Source: an uncultured Actinomyces sp. | GTDB lineage: Bacteria; Actinomycetota; Actinomycetes; Actinomycetales; Actinomycetaceae | Reading direction: 5' to 3' | Assembly: GCA_937926195.1 (NCBI GenBank) | Contig: CALEXZ010000030.1 | Location: 1,816-65,815, forward strand | Length of the DNA: 64,000 nt | Shown: positions 1 to 13,374 of the stretch, piece by piece | How the letters are laid out: every line of letters starts with the position of its first letter | Position numbering within the stretch: the stretch's first letter is position 1 | Made by a program: the position numbers and the translations under genes | Notes under the pieces: generated by a model | What the model saw: only the letters and a program-made list of their open reading frames with translations | What the model was told of the DNA's origin: nothing | Databases searched by the model: none

Positions 1-500
1 CCCTCATGTGCGTCGACGTCCTCGCCGAGCTCGTCGCCCGGGGGCAGCAGGCGAGCCTCACCCTCGTCGGCGACGGGCCCCTGCGCGGACAGCTCGAGGA
101 GCACGCGGCCGCACGGGGCGTGGCCGACCGGCTGCGCCTGACGGGGACGCTGGATACCGACGGCGTCCAGCGCGAGCTGGCGGCCGCGGACCTGTTCCTC
201 GGGCCGACCCGCGGTGACAACTTCTTCGTTTCCGCCGCGGAGGCCATCGTGGCGGGGCGGCCCGTCGTCGTATCCGACGCCGGCGGGCAGGTCGAGTACG
301 TCGAGGCGGGTAACGGCTGTATCGTCCCGGCGGGCTCCAGTGCGCCGGAGTGGGCCGACGCCGTCGTCGACACCCTCGGGCGCCTGGAGGGGGTCAGTGC
401 CCAGGACGTGGCCGCGACGATCGGCCGACGCTTCTGTGCGCAGCAGGTCGGGGCGGCCTACCGCGGGGTCCACGAGCAGGCGGCCGGCCTGGGCGTGTGA
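1..500 (+). CDS. GT4-family glycosyltransferase, C-terminal part (5' end outside window)
   Basis: GT-B C-terminal motifs LVGDGP...ADLFLGPT..DNFFVSAAEAIVAGRPVVVSDAGG; frame open to the window edge. Confidence 0.85.
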   Translation, partial: LMCVDVLAELVARGQQASLTLVGDGPLRGQLEEHAAARGVADRLRLTGTLDTDGVQRELAAADLFLGPTRGDNFFVSAAEAIVAGRPVVVSDAGGQVEYVEAGNGCIVPAGSSAPEWADAVVDTLGRLEGVSAQDVAATIGRRFCAQQVGAAYRGVHEQAAGLGV

Positions 501-516
501 GCCCCGGGCCGCGACC

Positions 517-2115
517 CTAGGCGTCCACCACGGGCAGGTCGCGGAAGAGGACGGCGCTGCGGCACCACGTGTCTCGCAGGAAGGAGCGGGTCCACAGCCC
601 CAGGGTCTTGCGGCCCGACAACAGCGCCGCCGCGGCCCGCGGGCGCGAGACGTCCGTGAACAGGGCGTCGAAGGCCGTCTCGGAGTGCAGGGAGGACCAC
701 GTGGAGAAGACCCTCTCGGCCACGGGCAGCAGGTGCGTGGCCGCCAGCGCCCCCTTGAGGCCCGCACGCGTGCGCGGGTTGACCCGGGTCACCTCGTAGT
801 AGGCCGACTCCGGTGACTGGGCTCCCGTGGCCCGCGCCCACAGACGGTCGATGATGCTGCGGTAGAGGTCACGGGTGACCGTGGCCTCGGCCGAGCCGCG
901 CAGCCAGGTGCGGCAGACCTCGGCGTCGAGCATGGGCAGCGCCCAGTCCATGCCCAGGTGCTCGTAGGCCCGCACGGAGTTGTTGATGTACTTCGTCTGG
1001 CGCTCGCGCAGGTTGTAACCCTCCAGCAGGGAGCGCAGGCTGCGTCCCGAGCCGTCGAATCCCGCCAGGCCCATGGCCTCGCGCACCGGTGCGGCCACCC
1101 ACGGGTCGGCACCGGCCCGCCCGGGGCGGCCCTGGAGGTCGTGGTGGTGGTGCACGATGGCGCGCGCCGCCGTCGCCCTGCTCACCGGCAGCGCGTCAAG
1201 CAGGTGCTCGTCGTGCATGTTGCCCACGATCGTGTGGCCGGGCACGACGACGTCGCCCTCACAGGCCTCACCCTGCTCACGCATGAGGGACAGGGCGTAC
1301 CAGTCCTGCACGTGCGGCAGGGCGGACCAGGCGTGGGAGGCAGCCAGGAAGGCCGCGGTGGCGGGGGAGTGCCAGTGCTCCAGCAGGGCGCGACGCTCAT
1401 AGGGCACACCGGTCCACGTGACCCCGACCTCCTGGGCGATGGAGCGGGAGACCTCGACCTCGCGCGCCCCGGGCACCCCGTAGGTGAAGGTCGCCACGCG
1501 ACCGATCTCGCCGTTGAGCGCGAGCCAGCCCAGCAGGAGACGCGAGTCGAGGCCGCCCGACAGCGGCAGCAGGAGGCGCCGGCCGTCGGTGCGCTCCAGC
1601 AGGCGCGTCATCGTCGTGTCGAGGGCGCCGAGGAAGGCGTCGGTGAAGTCCCCGGGGTCGCTGATCTCCTCGGCGTCGAAGGTGCTGAAGGCGTAGTCGC
1701 TCTGGCGGGCCTCGCCGGTGCGCCGGTCGATGGTGACGACGGCGCCCTGCGGGACCTGGTGGACCCCGCGCAGCAGGGTGCGGGCCCCCGTGACGAACCC
1801 GGCGTCCTCCAGCTCGGCCAGGGCCGGGCGCACCAGCGCCGGGTCCGTGAGCCCCGACAGGAGGGCGGTGGGGTCGTCGCTGACGAGCAGGCGTGCGCCG
1901 GCGTCCTCCACGGCCCAGAACAGGGGCCAGGAGCGCAGGCGGTCGACGGCCAGGGTCACCTGGTCCTCGGTGACCTCGACGGCGGCCAGGCGTCCCGGGT
2001 GGTCGCGCAGGACCCGGGGGCTGGTGGGGTGGGTGCACGGGTGGTCGCTGCGCAGGTGAAGGCCGGCACCGGCCTGCGTCCACGCCGGGGAGATGAGAGA
2101 GAGGTCGGTGTCCAC
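517..2115 (-). CDS. Asparagine synthase-like amidotransferase (putative glycan amidation)
   Basis: PP-loop LPLSGGLDSR; N-terminal AVDRL..WPLFW and GFVTG..TL..GVHQVP segments; GTG at 2115 preceded by GAGGA. Confidence 0.75.
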   Translation of the reverse strand: MDTDLSLISPAWTQAGAGLHLRSDHPCTHPTSPRVLRDHPGRLAAVEVTEDQVTLAVDRLRSWPLFWAVEDAGARLLVSDDPTALLSGLTDPALVRPALAELEDAGFVTGARTLLRGVHQVPQGAVVTIDRRTGEARQSDYAFSTFDAEEISDPGDFTDAFLGALDTTMTRLLERTDGRRLLLPLSGGLDSRLLLGWLALNGEIGRVATFTYGVPGAREVEVSRSIAQEVGVTWTGVPYERRALLEHWHSPATAAFLAASHAWSALPHVQDWYALSLMREQGEACEGDVVVPGHTIVGNMHDEHLLDALPVSRATAARAIVHHHHDLQGRPGRAGADPWVAAPVREAMGLAGFDGSGRSLRSLLEGYNLRERQTKYINNSVRAYEHLGMDWALPMLDAEVCRTWLRGSAEATVTRDLYRSIIDRLWARATGAQSPESAYYEVTRVNPRTRAGLKGALAATHLLPVAERVFSTWSSLHSETAFDALFTDVSRPRAAAALLSGRKTLGLWTRSFLRDTWCRSAVLFRDLPVVDA

Positions 2116-2257
2116 GGGGTCCTCATCCGTCGGGGAAGCGTGGCTGCTAGTGTGGCACACCGTGACACGGCGTCCTGATGCGCACGGGGACGCCGAACCG
2201 TGTGCCGCCCCGGCCGCGGCCCCTGGCGTGCGTCAGCCCCAGGAGGGAGAGCGCGTC

Positions 2258-3502
2258 ATGACTCGTCTGTCCGGTGCACGCGGTGAGCCCGGCGCACCCG
2301 CCGAGCGCGCGCGCCCGCTCATGGTCTTCCACGCCCCCTACCCGCTCTCCGAGCGGACGGCCGCCTCACGGCTGCGTCCCGTGCGCATGCGCCGGGCCTT
2401 CGCCGAGCTGGGCTACGAGGTCGTCGAGGTCACCGGCTACGCCTCGGCGCGTCGGCGCGCCATGGCCCGCGCCGAGCGGCGCCTGGACTCCTACGAGCAC
2501 CAGCGCCGCACCAACCCCGCCCTGCCCCCGGCCTTCATCTACTCGGAGAACGCGACGATCCCCAACGCGCTCACCGAGCCGCGCCACCTGCCCCTGCACC
2601 CGCGCCTGGACGCCGCCTTCTTCGCCCGGGCCCGCCGACGCGGCGTGGAGGTGGGCGTCTTCTACCGCGACCTGTACTGGCGCTTCCCGCGCTTCCGCCA
2701 GGCCATCCACCCGGCCGTGGACCTGGCGCTGCGGGGCGCCTACCTCAGTGAGCTGACCCAGTGGCGGCGGGCCGGCCTGCACGTGTACCTGCCCAGCGAG
2801 GCCATGGGGGAGCACCTGCCCGTCATCGACCCGGCCCGCACGAGCGCCCTGCCGCCGGGCGCGGACCCCGCCGCCGTGAGCCGCCCCTCCCGCCCCGACC
2901 TGCAGGGCGCTCCCCTCGACCTGCTCTTCGTCGGCGTCCTGGGAGGCAACTACCGCATCGAGGCCGTCTGCCGTGCGGTGGCGGCCGTGGAGGGCACGCA
3001 CCTGACGCTGTGCACCCGCCAGGAGGAGTGGGAGCAGGCGCGCGGCGACTACGAGCCGCTGCTCGTGCCCGCACGCCACGAGGTCCTCCACGCCTCGGGT
3101 GCGGACCTGGAGCCGCTGTACGGGCGGGCCGCCCTGGGCGTGCTGCTCGTCGAGCCGCACGAGTACTGGGACTTCGCCGTCCCCTACAAGCTCTACGAGT
3201 ACCTCGCCCACGAGCTGCCGGTGGTGGCCACCGCCGGCACCGAGACCGCCCGGATCGTCGAGGCGCTCGGCGCCGGGTGGGTGCTGCCCTACGACGAGGC
3301 CGCGCTCGCCGGGCTCCTGCGTGAGCTGGGCGCCCACCCCGAGCGGCTGGCAGCCGTCCGCCAGAGCATGCGTGACGCCCTGCCGGGCCAGACGTGGCAG
3401 GCTCGAGCCCGGCGCGTCGCCCTCGACCTGTCCGGGTGGGCGCCGCCCGCCCAGGACCCCACCATCCCGGACCCACAGAGCGTGGAAGGCAGTCTGCTGT
3501 GA
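2258..3502 (+). CDS. GT4-like glycosyltransferase
   Basis: LLFVGVLG, FAVPYKLYEYLAHELPVV motif; AGGAGGGAG RBS before ATG 2258. Confidence 0.8.
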   Translation: MTRLSGARGEPGAPAERARPLMVFHAPYPLSERTAASRLRPVRMRRAFAELGYEVVEVTGYASARRRAMARAERRLDSYEHQRRTNPALPPAFIYSENATIPNALTEPRHLPLHPRLDAAFFARARRRGVEVGVFYRDLYWRFPRFRQAIHPAVDLALRGAYLSELTQWRRAGLHVYLPSEAMGEHLPVIDPARTSALPPGADPAAVSRPSRPDLQGAPLDLLFVGVLGGNYRIEAVCRAVAAVEGTHLTLCTRQEEWEQARGDYEPLLVPARHEVLHASGADLEPLYGRAALGVLLVEPHEYWDFAVPYKLYEYLAHELPVVATAGTETARIVEALGAGWVLPYDEAALAGLLRELGAHPERLAAVRQSMRDALPGQTWQARARRVALDLSGWAPPAQDPTIPDPQSVEGSLL

Positions 3503-4770
3503 CCCCGTCCCGACCTGCGCGCGGTGGCGCGCTGCTGGCCACCCGCATCCACCTGCCCGAGGCCGCCGCCGCCTCCCTGCGCCTGGACGGGGTCGAGCGG
3601 GCCCTGGCCGGACACCGCGTGCCGGTGCGCGTGCTGACCACCACCCCGCCACCGGGCGCCGCCCCGGCCACGGACCCCCGGGGCGTGAACGTCTCGCGCT
3701 GGCCGGCGCTGCGCGACGCCAGCGGCTACCTGCGCGGCTACCTGCCCTACATGTCCTTCGACATCCCCCTCCTGGGCCGCTTCTTCGCCCAGCCGCGCCC
3801 CGACGCCGTCCTCGTCGAGCCACCGCCGACCACCGGCGTCGTCATGCGCCTGGCCTGCGCGCTGCGACGCGTGCCCTACGTCTGGTACGCCCCCGACGTG
3901 TGGTCCACCGCCGCCGAGTCCACCGGCGCTCCGCGCATCGTCCTCGAGGCGGTGCGCCGCATGGAGTCCTTCGCGGTCAGCGGCGCGGCCCGCGTCGTCG
4001 CCATCAACGAGGACGTCGCCGAGCACGTGCGTGCCCTGGGCGCCCGCGAGGTGCGGGTCGTGCCCAACGGGGTCGACACCACCGTCTTCGACCCCGCCGG
4101 CCCCGTTCCCGACGACGCGCGCCGACGCGAGCTCGGTCTCACCGGCCCCTACGCGGTCTACGCGGGCACCGTCTCCGAGTGGCAGGGCGCGGGCGTCTTC
4201 GTGCAGGCCCTCGCCCGCCTGCGCGCCACCCACCCCGGTGCCCAGCTGCTCTTCCTCGGGCAGGGCTCGGACTGGGAGGCGGTCCGCCAGGCCGCCGCCG
4301 AGCTGGCCCCCGGTCCCGACGGCGCCCCCGCCGTCGTCATGCACCCGCCGGTGCCGCCCGCCGAGGCGGCCGCCTGGCAGCGCGGCGCCGTGTGCGCCCT
4401 CGTGTCCATCACGCCCGGCCAGGGCTACGACTTCGCCTACCCGACGAAGGTGCTGGCGGCCCTGGGCTGCGGCACACCGGTGCTCTACGCCGGGTGCGGC
4501 CCCGTCGTCGAGGACGTCGAGGACCACGACCTGGGGTGGGTGAGCGCCCACGACCCCGAGGCCGTGGCCCACGCCCTCCAGGCGGCCTTCGACGCCCACG
4601 AGGCGCTCACCCCCGGCCAGCGCCGCCAGCGCGGTGAGCGCCTGCACGCCTGGGTGAGGCAGCACCGCTCCGTCGAGGCGACGGGGCAGTCCGTCGCCCG
4701 GCTGCTGCGCGAGGTCGTCCTCGAGCGCAGGGGCGCGGCCCGGTCCTCGGCACCGGGGGGCGGGCGGTGA
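3499..4770 (+). CDS. GT4-family glycosyltransferase
   Basis: YAPDVW, VVPNGVD, YAGTVSEWQG, FAYPTKVLAALGCGTPV; GTGA overlap with upstream stop. Confidence 0.85.
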   Translation: MTPSRPARGGALLATRIHLPEAAAASLRLDGVERALAGHRVPVRVLTTTPPPGAAPATDPRGVNVSRWPALRDASGYLRGYLPYMSFDIPLLGRFFAQPRPDAVLVEPPPTTGVVMRLACALRRVPYVWYAPDVWSTAAESTGAPRIVLEAVRRMESFAVSGAARVVAINEDVAEHVRALGAREVRVVPNGVDTTVFDPAGPVPDDARRRELGLTGPYAVYAGTVSEWQGAGVFVQALARLRATHPGAQLLFLGQGSDWEAVRQAAAELAPGPDGAPAVVMHPPVPPAEAAAWQRGAVCALVSITPGQGYDFAYPTKVLAALGCGTPVLYAGCGPVVEDVEDHDLGWVSAHDPEAVAHALQAAFDAHEALTPGQRRQRGERLHAWVRQHRSVEATGQSVARLLREVVLERRGAARSSAPGGGR

Positions 4771-6923
4771 TCGCCTGGGTCGGTGCCGTCCCGGTCCTGG
4801 CCGCGCTCGCGGTCGTCACCTTCCTCCCGGGCCTGCTGGTCCTGCTGGCCTCGGGCGCACGCAGCCGCCTGGCCGCCCTGGCCTGCGCCCCCGCCCTGAC
4901 CTTCGCCCTGCTGGGCACCGCCGGGGTCGTCTACGAGCGGATAGGGGTGCGCTGGCACCTGCCGACCGTCATCGCCTGGGTGCTGGGCTGGGCCCTGGTG
5001 GTCGCCGTCGGACGCTGGTGCGTGCTGGCCTGCAGGGGCCGGTTCCTCACGCTCTCGACCTGGACGAGCGTGCCTCTGGACCCCTCGGGCGTGCCCGAGG
5101 GCGGCTCCGCGGGGGGCGCCCCGGGTGAACCCACCGGCCAAGTGCCAGCCCTGGAGGGGCCCCGGTGGCTGCCGGTGGTTGCTGTGCTCACCACCTGGCT
5201 GGCGATGCTGGCACCGGTGCTGCCCGGCAGCGGGCCGCGCGTGCCGATCCAGTCCGCGGACTCGATCTACCACTACAACCAGGCCTGGCTCATCGAGCAC
5301 ACCGGCAACGCCTCGATGCTCACCGGCAACGCCGGCATGTTCGGCATGGACGGCACCGCGAGCTTCTACCCGATGGTGTGGCACGAGATCACCACTCTCG
5401 TGTCCCTCGGCTGGGACGACGTCGTGCCCGCCACGAACACGATGATCCTGCTCGTGCCGCTCGTCTACCTCATCGGCGTGCTCTACCTCGTGCGCGTCGT
5501 CCTGCCCGAGCTGCGCGGGGGCGCCTGGGTGGCCCTGGGGGCCTGCGCCTTCATCCCGATCTTCCCCATGCGCCTGCTCATGGACACGGCCGTGTGGCCC
5601 TACGCCCTGGCGCTGGCGGGCTGCCCGGCGGTCACCGCCTGGGCCGTGGGACAGGTGCGCCGCTGCCGGTGGCTGTGGTCCAGGCGTCGGCGCCTGCGGG
5701 CGGCCACCTCCGTGCTGGCGATCGTGCCCGCCGCGGGCGGCCTGCTCCTCACCCACCCGGCGGCCCTCGTCATCGTCGGCTGGCCGCTGGCGGCCCTGGC
5801 CTGGACGGGGCTGGTGCTGGCCTCCTGGCGGCTCCTGCGCTCCGAGGACCGTCACGACCGCGTCGTGGGCGCCTGGATGGCGGCCGTGGCCGTCGCCGTC
5901 GTCCTCCTCGTCGTCGCGGTGGTCATGCTGCCCGGGCCGCTGCAGGCGCACTTCGGTCGTCGGCCCGTGCGCACGTGGACCCACGCGTGGAAGAAGGTCG
6001 TCTCCGCCCTCGTCCTGTTCTACGGGGGCGGTGGCTGGACGATGCGCGCCACCCAGATCGCCATGGGACTGGCCTGCCTCACGGGCGCGGCGACGGCGCT
6101 GCTGCGCTGCCGCCACCGCGGGGTGGTCGTCGCCTGGGTCGCCTGCCTGCCGCTCATCGTCTCCGCCATGGCGCCGGTGCCGGTGCTGTCGGCCCTCACC
6201 GGCGTGTTCTACAACAACCCGCACCGGATCAAGGCGATGACGGCGGCACCCGCCGTCCTGCTCGTCACCCTGGGGCTGACCGCCGTCGCGCCGGTGCTCG
6301 CCCAGGAGCTCCGACGCCGTGAGATCGGCGCGTACCTGCACCGTCTCGTGCCGTGGCGCCTGGAGGGGCTCCTGCAGCGCTGGCGCGCGACCCTGCCGGC
6401 ACAGGCCAGCGCGGGCCTCGCCCTGCTGCTCGTGGGCACCCTCGCCACGTCGCCGGCGCTGCGCCACGACGTCGTCGGCGCCTTCTCCCCCTACAACGGT
6501 CACCAGCGGCTCGTCGCCTCCGCGGAGGAGCTCGACATGATGCGGCGCCTGGCCCTGCTGCTGCCGGAGGACGCCTACGTCGTCGGCGACCCGGTGGCGG
6601 GCACCGCGATGCTGCCCTTCATGGCGGGGCTGCGTCCCGTGTGGATGTTCGCCGGGCAGGCGCAGTCCGACGAGGACGGTCTCTACCTGCGCGAGCACTT
6701 CCGTGACCTGCACGAGGACCCACACGTGTGCGAGATCCTCCAGGACCACGGCATCCGCTACTTCTACGAGGACTCCAGCCAGTTCTTCAACGGCACGTGG
6801 CTGGCGGACCTGCGCCCCGGCCTGTACGACGTCGACACCTCCACCGGCTTCACCCTCCTGGACACCGGCGGCACGGCCCGCGTGTGGGAGATCACCGCCT
6901 GCGACGTGTGGGTGGTGGAGTGA
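4767..6923 (+). CDS. Multi-pass membrane protein, DUF6541-like (putative GT-C fold glycosyltransferase)
   Basis: Many TM segments; loop with DSIYH...FYPMVWH; FYNNPHRI; soluble C-terminal domain. Confidence 0.7.
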   Translation: MIAWVGAVPVLAALAVVTFLPGLLVLLASGARSRLAALACAPALTFALLGTAGVVYERIGVRWHLPTVIAWVLGWALVVAVGRWCVLACRGRFLTLSTWTSVPLDPSGVPEGGSAGGAPGEPTGQVPALEGPRWLPVVAVLTTWLAMLAPVLPGSGPRVPIQSADSIYHYNQAWLIEHTGNASMLTGNAGMFGMDGTASFYPMVWHEITTLVSLGWDDVVPATNTMILLVPLVYLIGVLYLVRVVLPELRGGAWVALGACAFIPIFPMRLLMDTAVWPYALALAGCPAVTAWAVGQVRRCRWLWSRRRRLRAATSVLAIVPAAGGLLLTHPAALVIVGWPLAALAWTGLVLASWRLLRSEDRHDRVVGAWMAAVAVAVVLLVVAVVMLPGPLQAHFGRRPVRTWTHAWKKVVSALVLFYGGGGWTMRATQIAMGLACLTGAATALLRCRHRGVVVAWVACLPLIVSAMAPVPVLSALTGVFYNNPHRIKAMTAAPAVLLVTLGLTAVAPVLAQELRRREIGAYLHRLVPWRLEGLLQRWRATLPAQASAGLALLLVGTLATSPALRHDVVGAFSPYNGHQRLVASAEELDMMRRLALLLPEDAYVVGDPVAGTAMLPFMAGLRPVWMFAGQAQSDEDGLYLREHFRDLHEDPHVCEILQDHGIRYFYEDSSQFFNGTWLADLRPGLYDVDTSTGFTLLDTGGTARVWEITACDVWVVE

Positions 6924-7036
6924 GACGGACGGCGCCCCGTCGGCCCGTGGTGGGCAGGCGGGGCGCCGTCGGTACCGGGGCGTGCGGAGCCGTGCCGCAG
7001 CCCGCGGGGGGCGAAGGCGTTCCCCGGGGCTGCCGG

Positions 7037-8350
7037 TCACTTCACCTTGCGGATGAACATGGTGGCGACACCGCCGAGGATGGCGCAGGTGCCCGCCATG
7101 TAGCACAGGGCCGGGTAGTTGGTCTTGTCCGCGGAGCCGATCGCCAGGAAGAAGGGTGCCACGTAGGGGGCGAGCGACTGCGGCAGGGCGTTGGCGATGT
7201 TGAACACCCCGAGGTCCTTGCCGGCGTGCTCCGGGTCCGGCAGGACGTCGACGACGAGTGCGAGGTCGACGGCGACGTACACGCCGTAGGCCAGCCCCAT
7301 AAGGAGCTCGGCGAGGTAGAACATGCTGACCGTCGTCGTGTGGGCGAGCACAACGGTCCCGACGCCGAACAGCGCCGAGGCCACGGCCACGAAGATCTTG
7401 CGGCGGTGGTACCTGTCCGACAGCCAGCCCCCGACGAAGCTCGCTGCCATGAGGGCGATGGTGTAGATGAGGACCGAGACCGTCACGACCTTACCGGCCT
7501 CCGCCTCGCTCAGGTCCACCCGGTGCATGAGGTACATGAGGCGGTAGGTGGTGAAGGAGAAGGAGGTCAGGGTGATGAGGAAGCGTCCCAGCCAGGCGAG
7601 GGCGTAGTCCGGGTGCTTGACCGGGCTGACCCAGAAGGTCTTGAGCAGGTCGATGAGGGTGAAGCGCGGGGGCGCCACCGGCAGCTGCTTGTCCGGCAGG
7701 ACGAAGGCGAACCAGACCATGAAGATGATGGCCGGCACCGCCGGGCCGATGAACAGCAGGGGGAGCTGCTTCGCCAAAGCCTGGGCGAGGTAGGTCGCCA
7801 CGAGGACGGCCAGGTTCTGGGCGATGGAGATCCACGAGGAGATACGGGCGCGCTGGAGCTCGGGGACCTGGTCGCTGAGCACGGCGACGAAGGGGGCGAG
7901 GGTGGCGTTGGCGCCGATCTGCGCGATGAGCCAGCCTGCGGCGACCCAGGGGACCGTGTTGAGCAGTCCCATCATTGCCAGGCCGACCGTCATGAGGAGG
8001 ATGCCGAAGACGAGCCAGGGGCGACGCCGCCCCCACGCCCACGTGGTGCGGTCGGAGATCTGACCGAAGACGACGTTGGCGACGACGGCGCCGAGGGCCC
8101 CCAGCCCCGCGATCATGGCGATGGCATCCACCTGGGCGGCGGAGTCGTCGGGGAACATCGCGAGGGCCTTGTACTGGATGGCGACGATCGCCGGGCCCAG
8201 GAGCGCGATGAAGAAGAAGAGCTGGGCGGTCAGGTAGGCGACGACGAAGAGCGGGGTGACCGGCTTGGTCACGGGTGCGAAGAAGTCCTTGACCGGGTCG
8301 CTCACCGGGGGCGAGGAGGACGGGGCGGGCAATGACTGTGATGGGGACAT
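7037..8350 (-). CDS. MFS transporter (probably sugar)
   Basis: About 12 TM segments; GQISDRT..WGRRRPW and GWLSDRYHRRK motifs; CAGGAG RBS before ATG 8350. Confidence 0.85.
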   Translation of the reverse strand: MSPSQSLPAPSSSPPVSDPVKDFFAPVTKPVTPLFVVAYLTAQLFFFIALLGPAIVAIQYKALAMFPDDSAAQVDAIAMIAGLGALGAVVANVVFGQISDRTTWAWGRRRPWLVFGILLMTVGLAMMGLLNTVPWVAAGWLIAQIGANATLAPFVAVLSDQVPELQRARISSWISIAQNLAVLVATYLAQALAKQLPLLFIGPAVPAIIFMVWFAFVLPDKQLPVAPPRFTLIDLLKTFWVSPVKHPDYALAWLGRFLITLTSFSFTTYRLMYLMHRVDLSEAEAGKVVTVSVLIYTIALMAASFVGGWLSDRYHRRKIFVAVASALFGVGTVVLAHTTTVSMFYLAELLMGLAYGVYVAVDLALVVDVLPDPEHAGKDLGVFNIANALPQSLAPYVAPFFLAIGSADKTNYPALCYMAGTCAILGGVATMFIRKVK

Positions 8351-8433
8351 GTCAGGCTCCTGAGGGTGGCAGACGAGCGGGCGCCGCTGCCCGCCGACCT
8401 GCCCAAGGTACAGCAGCGGGGGTCGGCGTGTGA

Positions 8434-8492
8434 TGCCACCGGCGCCTGCCACCGGCGCCTGCCGCCGGCGCCTGCCGCCTGCCACCGGCGCC
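8434..8492. repeat. 13-bp tandem repeat TGCC(A/G)CCGGCGCC, about 4.5 units
   Basis: Units at 8434, 8447, 8460, partial 8473 and 8480, in the divergent intergenic region. Confidence 0.85.
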
Positions 8493-8587
8493 GTCGCGCG
8501 CGTCAGGGCCCCCGTCGAGGGCCGGGGCGATCCTCGCTATCCTGGGCCCACTGAGCCGGAGCCGTCCGGCGTGAGGAGAGCCCCCGT

Positions 8588-9883
8588 ATGCGCATCGCCG
8601 TCGTCGCCCTTGGAAAGATCGGGCTGCCGCTGGCCGTCCAGTACGCCGAGAAGGGGCACGAGGTCATCGGCGTTGACGTCAACCCGACGACCGTCGAGAT
8701 GGTCAACCGCGGCCAGGAGCCCTTCCCCGGTGAGGCCCACCTGGCGGAGCGGCTCGCCCGGCTCGTGCCCGCCGGCGCCCTGCGCGCCACCACCGACTAC
8801 GCCGAGGCCGTCCCCGGGGCCGACGCCGTCGTCCTCGTCGTACCCCTCTTCGTCGACGACGCCACCTGGGAGCCGGACTTCACCCTCATGGACGCGGCCA
8901 CCCGCTCCCTGGCCGAGCACCTGACCCCCGGCACCCTCGTCTCCTACGAGACGACCCTGCCGGTGGGCACCACTCGTGGCCGCTGGAAGCCCCTCATCGA
9001 GGAGGTGAGCGGGCTGGTCGAGGGCCGCGACTTCCACCTCGTCTTCTCTCCCGAGCGGGTCCTCACCGGCCGGGTCTTCGCGGACCTGCGCCGTTACCCC
9101 AAGCTCGTCGGCGGCCTGAGCGAGCAGGGCACCGCCCGGGGCGTGGACTTCTACACCCAGGTCCTCGACTTCGACGAGCGCCCCGACCTGCCGCGCCCCA
9201 ACGGCGTGTGGGACCTGGGCACGGCGGAGGCCGCCGAGATGGCCAAGCTCGCCGAGACCACCTACCGCGACGTCAACATCGGCCTGGCCAACCAGTTCGC
9301 CGTCTACGCCGACAAGGCCGGCTTCGACATCGACAAGGTCATCGAGGCCTGCAACTCCCAGCCCTACTCGCACATCCACCGCCCCGGCATCGCGGTGGGC
9401 GGCCACTGCATCCCCGTCTACCCGCGCCTGTACCTGTCCACGGACCCCGACGCCACCGTGGTGCGCAGCGCCCGCCAGTTCAACGCGACCATGCCCGCCT
9501 ACGTCGTCTCGCGCGCCGAGGAGCTCCTGGGGGACCTGCGCGGGCTGCGCGTGGCCGTGCTCGGCGCCTCCTACCGCGGCCGGGTCAAGGAGACCGCCTT
9601 CTCCGGCGTCTTCCCCACCGTGGAGGCCCTGCGCGCCAAGGGCGCCACCGTCCTCGTCCAGGACCCCATGTACAGCGACGAGGAGCTCGCCGCCTTCGGC
9701 TGGGAGCCCTACCACCTGGGTGAGGCCGTCGACGTCGCCATCGTCCAGGCCGACCACCCCGAGTACGCCACGCTCAGCCCCGCGGACCTGCCGGGTGTGC
9801 GGCTGCTGCTCGACGGTCGGCGCGCCACCGACCCCGCCCTGTGGTCGGGCACCCCGCGCCTGGTCATCGGCGGCGGTGAGTGA
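8588..9883 (+). CDS. Nucleotide sugar dehydrogenase (UDP-glucose/GDP-mannose/UDP-HexNAc dehydrogenase family)
   Basis: ALGKIGLP, ETTLPVGTT, FSPER, AEMAKLAETTYRDVNI, GGHCIP catalytic Cys. Confidence 0.9.
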   Translation: MRIAVVALGKIGLPLAVQYAEKGHEVIGVDVNPTTVEMVNRGQEPFPGEAHLAERLARLVPAGALRATTDYAEAVPGADAVVLVVPLFVDDATWEPDFTLMDAATRSLAEHLTPGTLVSYETTLPVGTTRGRWKPLIEEVSGLVEGRDFHLVFSPERVLTGRVFADLRRYPKLVGGLSEQGTARGVDFYTQVLDFDERPDLPRPNGVWDLGTAEAAEMAKLAETTYRDVNIGLANQFAVYADKAGFDIDKVIEACNSQPYSHIHRPGIAVGGHCIPVYPRLYLSTDPDATVVRSARQFNATMPAYVVSRAEELLGDLRGLRVAVLGASYRGRVKETAFSGVFPTVEALRAKGATVLVQDPMYSDEELAAFGWEPYHLGEAVDVAIVQADHPEYATLSPADLPGVRLLLDGRRATDPALWSGTPRLVIGGGE

Positions 9884-9889
9884 CGCGTT

Positions 9890-9931
9890 CCCGCCGTGAC
9901 CTCGGTGCCACCGGTGTGACCTCACGGCGGG
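9890..9931 (+). terminator. Possible stem-loop downstream of the dehydrogenase
   Basis: 10-bp inverted repeat CCCGCCGTGA / TCACGGCGGG; no U-tract. Confidence 0.3.
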
Positions 9932-9947
9932 GCTCGGGGAGCGGGAC

Positions 9948-13263
<3,316 letters not shown>

Positions 13264-13374
13264 GACGGCTGCGCCCCGGCGGAGGGGCTGTCGCGCACGT
13301 GGCGGACGCCGCTACCATGGGACCTGGCTCACGGGCGCGAAGGCGCGCCCCACCGTCGGACAAGAGGTGCCCTC

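Noticed and set aside
4485..7106. Long antisense or alternate-frame ORFs (873 aa here; also 23570-26218, 53112-55691, 19672-21513)
   Set aside because: Shadow ORFs typical of high-GC DNA; no recognisable motifs and they overlap well-supported genes
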